Assembly: GCA_964424695.1 (NCBI GenBank) | Contig: CAYRKE010000039.1 | Span: 15,095-38,662, forward strand | DNA length: 23,568 nt | Direction: 5' to 3' | Origin: an uncultured Polyangiaceae bacterium | Lineage (GTDB): Bacteria > Myxococcota_A > Polyangia > Polyangiales > Polyangiaceae | In this document: piece after piece, positions 7,445 to 16,007 of the stretch | Position numbering within the stretch: the first letter of the stretch is position 1 | Layout: every line of letters starts with the position of its first letter | Translations under genes and position numbers: made by a program | Notes under the pieces: generated by a model | Told to the model about the DNA's origin: nothing | Databases searched by the model: none | What the model saw: the letters and a program-made list of their open reading frames with translations, nothing else

Positions 7445-10400
7445 CTACCTCGAAGCGTTGGTCGCAACAGCCAGATCCCGCGAGTGCTCCGGACCAGGGT
7501 GGAGACTCTGGGCGGCATCGCTGACTGGATGTCGAAACAGGCCGAGCTGGTCCGCGACTCGCGCTGCAGCCTCAGGAATCGTGGATCCCATTCGAGTGGC
7601 AAGCGTCGATGCAGTGATAGCGGTGGCCCAGCCAATGGGGCCCAGAGGTCTGCACCCGAAGAAGTGGCTGATGCCTGGCGTCTGCACAATCACACTCAGC
7701 ACGCTCGCCGACGCCGCACTCGTGAGCACGACTGGAAGCGTCAGCCCACCAGACCGAAGGGTCTGCCCGAGCTGGGTGCCGACGAGCGCGAGTAGGCCGA
7801 CGGTGGATGCCCGCTCGCGACTTCCAAGAAGGCGAGCCACACCCCACGCGCCCCCGGCACCGATGGCGGTGCTCATGGCCCGTGCCGCGATCTCCCGATC
7901 CAGGGGCTGTGCGAGAGAAGCGTCGGGCCCCTCGTTCGCGAGCGTCGCGAACGATCCCTTGGCCGGTGGACGAAGCGCGATGGCCATCGCAGGAGCCACG
8001 TCGGTCAGAAGATTCACTAGGAGCAACTGCCGAGCGCTGAGCGGAGGTCGGCCGTCAATGAGGCCGGCCCCAACGGTAAACGCGATCTCACCCAGATTAC
8101 CTCCGACCAGAATCGCAACCGCGTCACGCACGGACGCCCACATCGCGCGCCCTTCCAGGATTGCGTCGACAATGGTCTCGATCCGTTCGTCAGTAACCAC
8201 AACATCTGCGGCGCTGCGCGCTGCGGATGTGCTGTCGCGACCGATGGCAATGCCCACGTGAGCCAACCGGATCGCCGGGGCATCATTGGCGCCATCGCCC
8301 ACCATGGCGACGACTCTGCCAGCTCGCTGAAGTGCCCGAACGACACGAACCTTCTGCGACGGGGTTACGCGCGCAAATACGGCTACGTCCCGAATGATTG
8401 TGTCAAGCTCGGGATCCGTGAGCTCAGAGAGCTGCGTCCCCGAGAGCACGAGCCGTTCGCCAAGGATACCGAGTTCGTCGGCAATGGTGCGGGCAGTATT
8501 GGGATGATCGCCCGTGATCATCAGCGTCGCAACGCCAGCTCTGCGAAGCTTGTCGACCGCCGCAGGGGCGGTGGGACGCATCGGATCGGCGAATCCGAGT
8601 AGGCCGCGGAACGTGAGCCCACGCAGGTACGCAAGATTGGGCTGCTCCCCTTCTCCCAAGAGCCGCTCCGCGACAGCAAGCACTCTGAGCCCACGACTGG
8701 CAAGCTCGCTCGCTTCGCGCGTGAGCCGCGCCCGCTCAGTATCGTCCATGGGGGTCCGGTCACCGGCGACGCGATGATGCGTGCACTCAGCAATGATGAG
8801 CTCCGGTGCACCCTTGACACTGAGCAGAACGCCTTCAGAGCAGCTTCCAAGGGACGCATGATACCCTCGACCTGGCTCGAACGGCAGTTCAGCAAGCCGC
8901 GCCCAATGTTCGTGACCGTGGTCGCTCCGAACGCGCAGCGAGAGTGCGGCGTTCAGAAGCGCGGCATCGGTTGGATCGGTGGTGGGAGAGCTCCCATGGA
9001 TCTCCGGGCAGGCCCGCACCGCAGACGCGAGGAGCATCGTATGGCTTTCTCGAGCTGCATCGAGCCGCACCTCCTGTCTGCCGTCGCTGAGACTGTGAAG
9101 GACGAGCCGTCCTTCGGTGATCGTGCCGGTTTTGTCGACACAGAGCACGTCAACGCGTCCGAGCGCTTCGATAGAACGTGCATTACGAACGAGAGCACCG
9201 CGGGTCGACAGCCGTCGAGCCGCGGCCAGCTGGGCCGCAGTCGCCAGAAGCGGTAACCCCTCGGGCACGGACGCAACAGCGAGGCTCAGTCCTGTCCCGA
9301 TGAGCTCCTCCAACTTCTGGCCGCGAAGCAACCCGGTACCGACCAATCCGAGCCCCGCGCCGAGCGCCAGAGGCGCGGTCATGTCGAGCAACGCTCGCAT
9401 CCGCATCTCAACGCCGCTCTGAACCTGGGCGCGACGAGCCTCCGAGACGCCACGGGAGACCTCAGTCTGGTCGCCTACGGCAACAACGATCGCCGTCGCG
9501 CGCCCGGCAGCGATGCTGGTACCTTCGTAGAGCATCGAACTGCGGTCCGCCACCGCGACCTCGTACGAGGCCTCCACCCGCCGATGAACGGGCAACGACT
9601 CGCCGGTCAGATTGGAGGTATCGACTTCCAGCGACTCCGCGAACAAAAGACGGCAGTCCGCTGGCACGACCTCTCCCGGGCCCAGTAGCACGACATCGCC
9701 CGGAACGAGCTCAGTGGCGTCGACTTCTACCGGTACTCCCTGACGGCGAACCACCGCTCTTCGACGCGCCGTGTGCAGCAGCTTTCGGATGGCACGATCG
9801 GTTCGGAACCTCTGCGCCCCGCCGATCACGGCATTGAGACACACGACTCCCCCAACCATAGCTGCGTCCGTTACGGAACCAGCCACCGCCGAGAGGCTAG
9901 CACCAGCTGCCAGCATCGGCGTGAGTGGATTGAACAGCTCGTCGGAAACCGTATCCACGAATTCGAGCAATGGGTTGCGGCGCAGTCCGTCCGTGGCTCG
10001 ACGCGCCAACGCTTCGGATCGCGACAAACCGTGCTCAGACGCGCTCAGTTTGCGAAGTACCCCATGCGCGTCAAGAGCATGCCATGGCGTTCGGTCGCGG
10101 GGAGGCGGGACGCGCCTTCGGGCAAACACGCTGGCCTGGCGAAGGCCGTTGAGCATGGTGACCAGACTGGCCACGTTCACGATGGCAACCACCCGCCGCA
10201 TCGGCATGGACACGCGGCGAGCCGCGGTGGCGACTGCACCCACCACGGCTGCAGCCAGCGCGACGTTGACACTCTGCTGCGAGAGCTGCCGGGCAACCAG
10301 GCTTGCGCCAACGACGAACCGAGCGTCACTGAGATCCTCACCGCAGACCAGGTGAGCCCCCCACGGGACCGGATCTCCTCTACGAGTCACACCGATCGAA

Positions 10401-11899
10401 CAATCGGCGACAGCCAGAGCGAGGCAGCTTCCACTGGCGACGAGCGCCACCGCGTGCCCCTCGCGCTGCAAACGCCGAATACCTGCCCCAAGCTCGGCCC
10501 CAGCGGGAATGGCGTCATCAACCGGAATGCTCTGTCTGATACCTTCGTCATTGGACGCGATGACGACGCGCATTCCGGCGACCCTCGCCGCAGCCACGAG
10601 CTCGTCTACTCCGGTTCGAGGCACGAGTTCAACGCCGATCACCGCGCGAATCGTCCCCTCACGGCGTAATCCAAGCACCAGTTCGCCCCGATGCCCGACC
10701 TCCCGCACGGCACGCTCGATCTCTGGATCTACGTTCGCGACGAGCAGGCGCACCGGGCCGAGTGCCCAGGCTCCGCCTTGCCGCACCTCGAGAGGGTGGT
10801 CGGGGTCGAATAGGCGCTCGGTGTACTCCCGCGCCTCCGTCTCGGTGATGGTGGGCGAGACGAAACTCCTGAACTCGAACTTGTCCCTGATGACGAGGTC
10901 ACCCTGAAGGACGAGGCAGTCGATGCGGTCAAGCCGACGGAGCACCGAAGGCGATTGCACAAGCACGCCGCGACGCGAAAGGTGGTGACCTACGAGCGCA
11001 GCAAAGGCGTCCCTGCCGAGACGGGCTGGTTTGGGCAATCCGGCAAACAGTGCGGCAGCGGAGCGCTGAAGGCTCCGCGTGGTCAGGAAGGTCACCGCGA
11101 AACCTCCCAGAGACACGATCCACCCACGATCGGCGTATTCTTCGATGGGACCGTCGGGGAAGGGCACCGGACGCGGCTCGACGTGAGGCAAACCAGCCAC
11201 CCCGTGCTGGTCTTCGGCTGATAACGCAATGGCCCTGGCCTGCCAGGCCTGACGACGAGAGTGCAGCTCCCGCAGGAGAGCTCCTGTGTGCAGGAGCTCA
11301 ACAAGGGAGTTGATGGGCCGCTGCGCCACAGCAATCCCAAACGCGGAGACGGCGTGTGCCAGAAGCTCGGCACGCTTGGCGCCAAGTCTGTTGTCCAGAC
11401 CCCGCCGCAACCTGTTCGAGCCCCGCATGACGTTGAGGATCGATGCCGTGGCGCCCCCAACGGTCGACGGGCGAATCGGTGTCACCTTGAGGATACTGCC
11501 GACGCAGAAGCCCCAGCTCTCAGCCACGAGCTCGAGCATGAGCTCGGCCGCATCTTCCCGCCCAAACTCCTCTCGCGCTCGAGTGGAGCTCGCGACCCGC
11601 GTCTGAGCCTCCGCAAGTTCGACCGCGGCAATCAGTTCCCTCGACGAGTAAGCGTGTAGTGCGTAACCAACGGACACCCGCTGAGAGGCAGCGTCTACCT
11701 GAACCCATTGGATACGGTCGAGACGAGCGAAGGACTGACGCACGTGCGTGACGAAAGCCTCCATAGAAGCCATGTCGACGCCGACGAACCCAATATTGGC
11801 CCGAGTCGGGCCGACCCAACAGCGACGCCCTGGACCGAGTAGTGCCAGAACCGGCTCTAGCGCCGAAGCCACGACCTTTTTCAATCTGTGCGCGATCAA
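7445..11899 (-). CDS. Giant cation-translocating P-type ATPase: degenerate P1B-like N-terminal module (about aa 1-600) fused to an intact P2-type ATPase (about aa 600-1484)
   Basis: The C-terminal half carries the Cation_ATPase_N-like segment (WHALDAHGVLRKLSASEHGLSRSEA), TGES, PEGLP, DKTGT (9122-9136, verified codon by codon), MITGDHPNTA and VGDGANDAPA. The N-terminal half parallels a heavy-metal ATPase but with its key motifs mutated (see findings). The start is TTG at 11899, with GGAG 7 nt upstream. Confidence 0.9.
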   Translation of the reverse strand: MIAHRLKKVVASALEPVLALLGPGRRCWVGPTRANIGFVGVDMASMEAFVTHVRQSFARLDRIQWVQVDAASQRVSVGYALHAYSSRELIAAVELAEAQTRVASSTRAREEFGREDAAELMLELVAESWGFCVGSILKVTPIRPSTVGGATASILNVMRGSNRLRRGLDNRLGAKRAELLAHAVSAFGIAVAQRPINSLVELLHTGALLRELHSRRQAWQARAIALSAEDQHGVAGLPHVEPRPVPFPDGPIEEYADRGWIVSLGGFAVTFLTTRSLQRSAAALFAGLPKPARLGRDAFAALVGHHLSRRGVLVQSPSVLRRLDRIDCLVLQGDLVIRDKFEFRSFVSPTITETEAREYTERLFDPDHPLEVRQGGAWALGPVRLLVANVDPEIERAVREVGHRGELVLGLRREGTIRAVIGVELVPRTGVDELVAAARVAGMRVVIASNDEGIRQSIPVDDAIPAGAELGAGIRRLQREGHAVALVASGSCLALAVADCSIGVTRRGDPVPWGAHLVCGEDLSDARFVVGASLVARQLSQQSVNVALAAAVVGAVATAARRVSMPMRRVVAIVNVASLVTMLNGLRQASVFARRRVPPPRDRTPWHALDAHGVLRKLSASEHGLSRSEALARRATDGLRRNPLLEFVDTVSDELFNPLTPMLAAGASLSAVAGSVTDAAMVGGVVCLNAVIGGAQRFRTDRAIRKLLHTARRRAVVRRQGVPVEVDATELVPGDVVLLGPGEVVPADCRLLFAESLEVDTSNLTGESLPVHRRVEASYEVAVADRSSMLYEGTSIAAGRATAIVVAVGDQTEVSRGVSEARRAQVQSGVEMRMRALLDMTAPLALGAGLGLVGTGLLRGQKLEELIGTGLSLAVASVPEGLPLLATAAQLAAARRLSTRGALVRNARSIEALGRVDVLCVDKTGTITEGRLVLHSLSDGRQEVRLDAARESHTMLLASAVRACPEIHGSSPTTDPTDAALLNAALSLRVRSDHGHEHWARLAELPFEPGRGYHASLGSCSEGVLLSVKGAPELIIAECTHHRVAGDRTPMDDTERARLTREASELASRGLRVLAVAERLLGEGEQPNLAYLRGLTFRGLLGFADPMRPTAPAAVDKLRRAGVATLMITGDHPNTARTIADELGILGERLVLSGTQLSELTDPELDTIIRDVAVFARVTPSQKVRVVRALQRAGRVVAMVGDGANDAPAIRLAHVGIAIGRDSTSAARSAADVVVTDERIETIVDAILEGRAMWASVRDAVAILVGGNLGEIAFTVGAGLIDGRPPLSARQLLLVNLLTDVAPAMAIALRPPAKGSFATLANEGPDASLAQPLDREIAARAMSTAIGAGGAWGVARLLGSRERASTVGLLALVGTQLGQTLRSGGLTLPVVLTSAASASVLSVIVQTPGISHFFGCRPLGPIGWATAITASTLATRMGSTIPEAAARVADQLGLFRHPVSDAAQSLHPGPEHSRDLAVATNASR

Positions 11900-12180
11900 C
11901 TATCAGCTCCGCATCGTCGTCCCAACGGGTCGCCGTCGTTCTAGCAGGCTCCGCCGGCAGCGAAACCTTCTCGACCCGCGGGGGGTGCGTCACCAACAGA
12001 ACATCGACTGACCCGCCACCCGCCCAGTCCCCGGTATCCGCGACGGGTGGCTACAGACTGCGAAACGAGGCGCTCCGGCTCGATTTCCAGTCCCTCGAAA
12101 CCGCGCGACGGCGGGACCCCTCCCCCTGATATCGATATTCTCAATCTGAACACTTCACCGCCGAGACAGACCGGCCGTGA

Positions 12181-12636
12181 ATGCTCCCAAGGACCAAGAA
12201 GGCTCCCCGGAGGCAAGCAGAGTTGCATCCCAGCACCACCACCATACCCCCTTCCGCCAGCTGGAAACCGTGGTCACCCGACTTTGACAGTCGTGCCGAG
12301 TCTGGTCTGGGGCGCCGAAGCAACCACCGGGTTCCGGTGGAGCTCGATGTCAGTCTCGGAAGCGATGAGTACGTGTATGCGGGCCTGACCGAGAATCTCT
12401 CGGAAAGCGGCGTGTTCGTTGCGACGCACATGCTGTTGAAGGTGGGAGAACGGCTGGGACTCAAGCTCCATCTACCTCAGCGCGACAAGTCGGTGCACGG
12501 CGTGGGCATGGTGCGATGGGTGAGGGCGTGCTCCCCGGACACGGGAACAGCACCGGGAATGGGTATCGAGTTCGAAGGACTCGACGAAGGTTGCCGAGAG
12601 ACGCTGGAGGCCTTCCTCGAAAGCCTTGGCAACTAA
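12181..12636 (+). CDS. PilZ domain protein (myxobacterial TIGR02266-like)
   Basis: RSNHR (RxxxR, 12316-12330) and NLSESG ([D/N]xSxxG, 12394-12411) are both present, followed by GMGIEFEGL as in the myxobacterial paralogous PilZ family. An alternative start is TTG at 12223, with GGAGG at 12209-12213 lying 9 nt upstream. Confidence 0.75.
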   Translation: MLPRTKKAPRRQAELHPSTTTIPPSASWKPWSPDFDSRAESGLGRRSNHRVPVELDVSLGSDEYVYAGLTENLSESGVFVATHMLLKVGERLGLKLHLPQRDKSVHGVGMVRWVRACSPDTGTAPGMGIEFEGLDEGCRETLEAFLESLGN

Positions 12637-12824
12637 TCCTACTGCCGAAGACCCTCAGGCAGCCCGCCCGTCAAGCTCGGTTTCTGGCGAAGTTTCGGAT
12701 ACCCAGTGCGCGAGTGCACAGAAGCGGGGCGTACGTTGGGTACATAAGCACCGGAAGCGCAGCGAAACGAAGGCGGAAGCCGAGATCGGCGGGCGTCCTC
12801 TCAGGCAAGTGTCCGGCAGTAGTG

Positions 12825-13550
12825 CTAATCGTCAACCGCGATGTCGATGTATCCGGGCGGTGGCAGCACGTCCTGGATGCCCTCGAGAATCGCAGCGACA
12901 ATTTCTCCTGTGTCGACATCGCCCGGGGCAAGTCTGAGGTGCAGAGTGAGGTGAGGCTCGGAGTCACCCTCTGAATCCGTCGTTCGTGTCAGCTCGTAGC
13001 TGAGCACCACAGGGAAAGCAGCGATTTGGGACTCCAGCGCGGCCACGAACTCGGGTGGCGGGGCGCCATCGTCCTGGCCCACAGGGGATCCCGCGGCAGC
13101 CGCCTCGGAGCTCCCCTTCGAATGGGACTCCAGTGGAATAACCCTTCCACTGAGCAAGGCACTCACTTCGTGGGGGCGGAGCACCAACTCGCTCGCGTCC
13201 CCGGCGTTGATGACAACCCCAAAAACCTCGTCGCCACTCATGACGTGAACCGCCATTTCAAGCGCAGCTCGCGCGGAGAACGCAGCGTACTGGAGCGGGC
13301 CGCCTTCGGTGTCCCATCCGAGGCGGATACCGAAGGGTTCCATGAACTCGGCTCTGGTAAACAGCGCGCAGTACGCGTGGCCCTGGTCGTCGACGAGCAT
13401 GTGAGGAACCAGCGTGATGTCGTCGGTAAGCTCAAGCTGTGCTCCCTCCTCGACGCCGGGAAGACTGCGCGCCAAGGGCGTACAGAGCTCCCCGGTGTCG
13501 AGCCGTGCGAGCAGTACCTCGACATCGCTGGGCCGTCCGCTCGTCGCCAT
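12825..13550 (-). CDS. SseB family protein (SseB N- and C-terminal domains)
   Basis: Overall resemblance to SseB-family proteins: LVPHMLVDDQGHAYCALFTRAEF..., VVINAGDASELVLRPHEV, and a C-terminal acidic domain. The track ORF starts at 13727, but its first 59 residues are Arg/Pro/Gly-rich and look non-coding. I use the ATG at 13550 (MATSGRPSDVEVLL...). The start is uncertain. Confidence 0.65.
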   Translation of the reverse strand: MATSGRPSDVEVLLARLDTGELCTPLARSLPGVEEGAQLELTDDITLVPHMLVDDQGHAYCALFTRAEFMEPFGIRLGWDTEGGPLQYAAFSARAALEMAVHVMSGDEVFGVVINAGDASELVLRPHEVSALLSGRVIPLESHSKGSSEAAAAGSPVGQDDGAPPPEFVAALESQIAAFPVVLSYELTRTTDSEGDSEPHLTLHLRLAPGDVDTGEIVAAILEGIQDVLPPPGYIDIAVDD

Positions 13551-13949
13551 GAGTACGGCTGAGGTCAAGTCGGCGCGCGAACCGTGGCCATTACCAGAAC
13601 GATGGGTCACAGAATCAACCCTTGGTCTCCGGCGCCTGACCGGATGCACCGAGTCTGCCCAAGGCGCCGATCCGTGTGCCAGATTTGGCGGTTCGCGGCC
13701 CCGCCCCGACCTCGGGTGCGGGGGCAACTCCGTTCGAGAAACGCGGCATTCCGTTCCCTGGTCGGTGCTCTGGTTGCTTGTCGGTCGCGACCATGCGGTT
13801 CATTTGACGGGGAACCGTATGTCGCTTCAGACACCACAACGAGGAATCTATCAGCAGTCTTTCGGACCTTCGCGGAGTACACGCCGGGGTTCTGTATCAC
13901 GTTGAAGGAAGAAATGCACAGGCGCCCGAGATGCGAGGCCCTTCGCTGA

Positions 13950-15815
13950 CTAGAGCCAGGGATTGATTTGCCCTTGGAGAACCTCGGGTCTGCGTGAAAA
14001 CGCCAGATACCGCCCTACCCACGCGCAAACCAGCACCGAAAGAACGAGAAGAGCGCCGCTCAACCACTCGCGCGTCGCTCGCAGGACTTCCTGTTCGGCA
14101 TTCCTCGCCCAGATGACCGACAGGGCAACCGCCACAATGGCAATTGGCGTAAGGGTGCGCCAAATCAGTGCGAGGGTGTCTCGTTGATGTACTTCGTGGA
14201 GAGCCCAGCGCAATGCCACGACGACAAACACGACTCCCCACGCTTTCACCTGGAAGACTAACGCGCCGAGGAGTGGCCCAGGTAGCCCCGCCACTGCCAG
14301 AGCTTCCGGTGCTGCCCAACCCCCGAGGAACGCCGCGGCCACCACTCCCGCCATCAGCCACAGATGCACACAGTCCAGCAGCGTGGCCACAGCAACCAGT
14401 GCGGGCAGCGTGGCCGAACGGCGTCCCCCACCCCCAGGCAGGGCCGCCGGGAAATCCCCATTGTTGTCGAGCGCGGTGGGAACGAGGCTCATCATGAGCA
14501 CACCCAAGCCGAGCCAGGTCCCCGGCGTCCTGAAAGCGAGCCATTGGTTGGGCATTACGCCCTGATCCGCAATCAGATCGGCCAGTCTCAGACTGCCGCC
14601 AGCAGCTAACACGGTGAGAAGGGCAAACAGCTGCGGGACCTGATGGCCAAGCGAGCGAAGCACCCCAGCGCCTCCCCGTGCGATCGACCAATCCGCCCCC
14701 CGCTGGCGCCCTCCTGCCAGCAGGGCGGCAACGAGGGCCGCGGTATTGGCGGCAGCCAGTACGAAAACGGAATCGAGACCAGCTGCGAACACTTCGCCGC
14801 CGAACGCGAGGCAGCTCCACAGCCCGACCAGCGCGACGAAACTCACGTGGGGCAACAGGCGAAGCAACAGCGGCATACTGACGAATGGCCGAAGAAGCTC
14901 CGTGAAAACGAGATTCGTCCATGATGCCTTGCGGATTCTACCGCTGGCGCCGTTCGAGAGCCTGAGCCTCAAGCTGCGACCGAGCCAGGAGGACACTGTC
15001 GGCAGCGGGCCTGCGGCAAGGAACGCGAAGGCTGCGGCGAGGGTGATGAGAAGCCAGGCCAGGGCGACATCCGCCGTGGACGAGTGCCGAAAGACTTCGC
15101 TTTCCAACCGGAGCTCGAACGGAACCTCAACGCTTGGACGACGAACCACGACCTGGATCGAGGCGGCATCTCCCGGCGGAATGAAGTCCCCCAGAGCAGT
15201 GAGTCGAACACCGTCGAGCTCGACCAACTCATCGCCGGGTAGCAGTCCGGCTTCGGCGGCGAGCCCCTGCACCTTCCCCACGATGAGGCGCCCAGGCTCC
15301 TCGTCGCTGAGTGAAATCCCAGCACTGCGCAGTGCGCTCTGCGCCGCGAGGTGGCGGCGCCGATGCTCCGGGATACTCGTGGGCGGAGCGACAACCTCGA
15401 TGACCACCCCATCCATGACGCCCGTGATTGGTGGGGCGCCGCTGGCCCTGGGCGAAAACGCGGCCACCACGTGACCCCGAAAGGTCGCGTTCGTCGCTTC
15501 ATCGCCAACGCCACAGAACTGCTCCTGCGCTGCCTCAGTGAGGACGGCAGTCAGACGGTGAGTAGAGCTTCCCTCGGCCCTCACGACGAGTTCGACGTCC
15601 TCAGCGACCGGCCGCCCTGGTCGACTCAGAGACCCTCGAAATGTCAGTGTGGCGGCCTTGCCCTCGGGGAACCCCTCCCCTAGAAGCTCAATCCGGTCTC
15701 CGGTGTCCACCCTCGTTGGACCAAGGGCTGTCAGTTTCAGAAGCTCGGCCGAAGGCTGTTGCCAAGAACAGCCGGCCAGCAGGAACGTGATAATAAGGGC
15801 GCGAAGCGCTCGCAT
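13950..15815 (-). CDS. Lipoprotein-signal, TIG/IPT-like domain and PDZ domain fused to a polytopic NuoH/ND1-like (complex I subunit 1 family) membrane domain
   Basis: MRALRALIITFLLAGC has a perfect LAGC lipobox, with AGGA 6 nt upstream of the ATG. The PDZ signature is GRLIVGKVQGLAAEAGLLPGDELVELDGVRL. The C-terminal ~375 aa align by eye along the whole of E. coli NuoH: GGSLRLADLIADQ vs GSFNMTDIVNSQ, FLGGW vs FFGGW, and ALRWALHEVHQRDTLALIWRTLTP vs [23 protein letters not shown]. Confidence 0.8.
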   Translation of the reverse strand: MRALRALIITFLLAGCSWQQPSAELLKLTALGPTRVDTGDRIELLGEGFPEGKAATLTFRGSLSRPGRPVAEDVELVVRAEGSSTHRLTAVLTEAAQEQFCGVGDEATNATFRGHVVAAFSPRASGAPPITGVMDGVVIEVVAPPTSIPEHRRRHLAAQSALRSAGISLSDEEPGRLIVGKVQGLAAEAGLLPGDELVELDGVRLTALGDFIPPGDAASIQVVVRRPSVEVPFELRLESEVFRHSSTADVALAWLLITLAAAFAFLAAGPLPTVSSWLGRSLRLRLSNGASGRIRKASWTNLVFTELLRPFVSMPLLLRLLPHVSFVALVGLWSCLAFGGEVFAAGLDSVFVLAAANTAALVAALLAGGRQRGADWSIARGGAGVLRSLGHQVPQLFALLTVLAAGGSLRLADLIADQGVMPNQWLAFRTPGTWLGLGVLMMSLVPTALDNNGDFPAALPGGGGRRSATLPALVAVATLLDCVHLWLMAGVVAAAFLGGWAAPEALAVAGLPGPLLGALVFQVKAWGVVFVVVALRWALHEVHQRDTLALIWRTLTPIAIVAVALSVIWARNAEQEVLRATREWLSGALLVLSVLVCAWVGRYLAFSRRPEVLQGQINPWL

Positions 15816-16007
15816 TCATCATCCTATACTCTGTCAACCGCAAATCAGGCGAATTCCGCGCGCGCGCCCACTGACCCGGTACGCTCGGCACGTGCGCGGT
15901 CCCAGACTTGACGCCCTGTGTGCCCGACACTCAAAGTGACAGCACCTGGGTCCACTGAATGCTCAGGGCTCCTCGAATGTCGAGCGATCCGTAGGAGGGT
16001 CGTGACA

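Noticed and set aside
7458-11659. Long plus-strand ORFs inside the ATPase gene (7458-8261, 8258-8602, 9773-10669, 10509-10907, 11261-11659 and others)
   Set aside because: They are typical antisense open frames of high-GC DNA with Arg/Ala/Ser/Pro-biased, motif-free translations. The minus-strand frame carries a complete set of P-type ATPase motifs.
12639-12822. 9-bp inverted repeat CTACTGCCG (12639-12647) / CGGCAGTAG (12814-12822) bracketing the whole PilZ-SseB convergent spacer, considered as a MITE or a large stem
   Set aside because: Only 9 bp match and similarity decays immediately outside. There is no target-site duplication and no second copy elsewhere in the window. A chance match is plausible. 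It might still contribute to a bidirectional terminator, but I cannot support that.
13897-14922. 341-aa minus-strand ORF, and plus-strand ORFs 14746-15474 and 14168-14497, overlapping the PDZ/NuoH-like gene
   Set aside because: They are off-frame or antisense, extremely Arg/Gly/Pro-rich, and have no domain signature. The 621-aa frame has the lipobox, PDZ and NuoH-like features.
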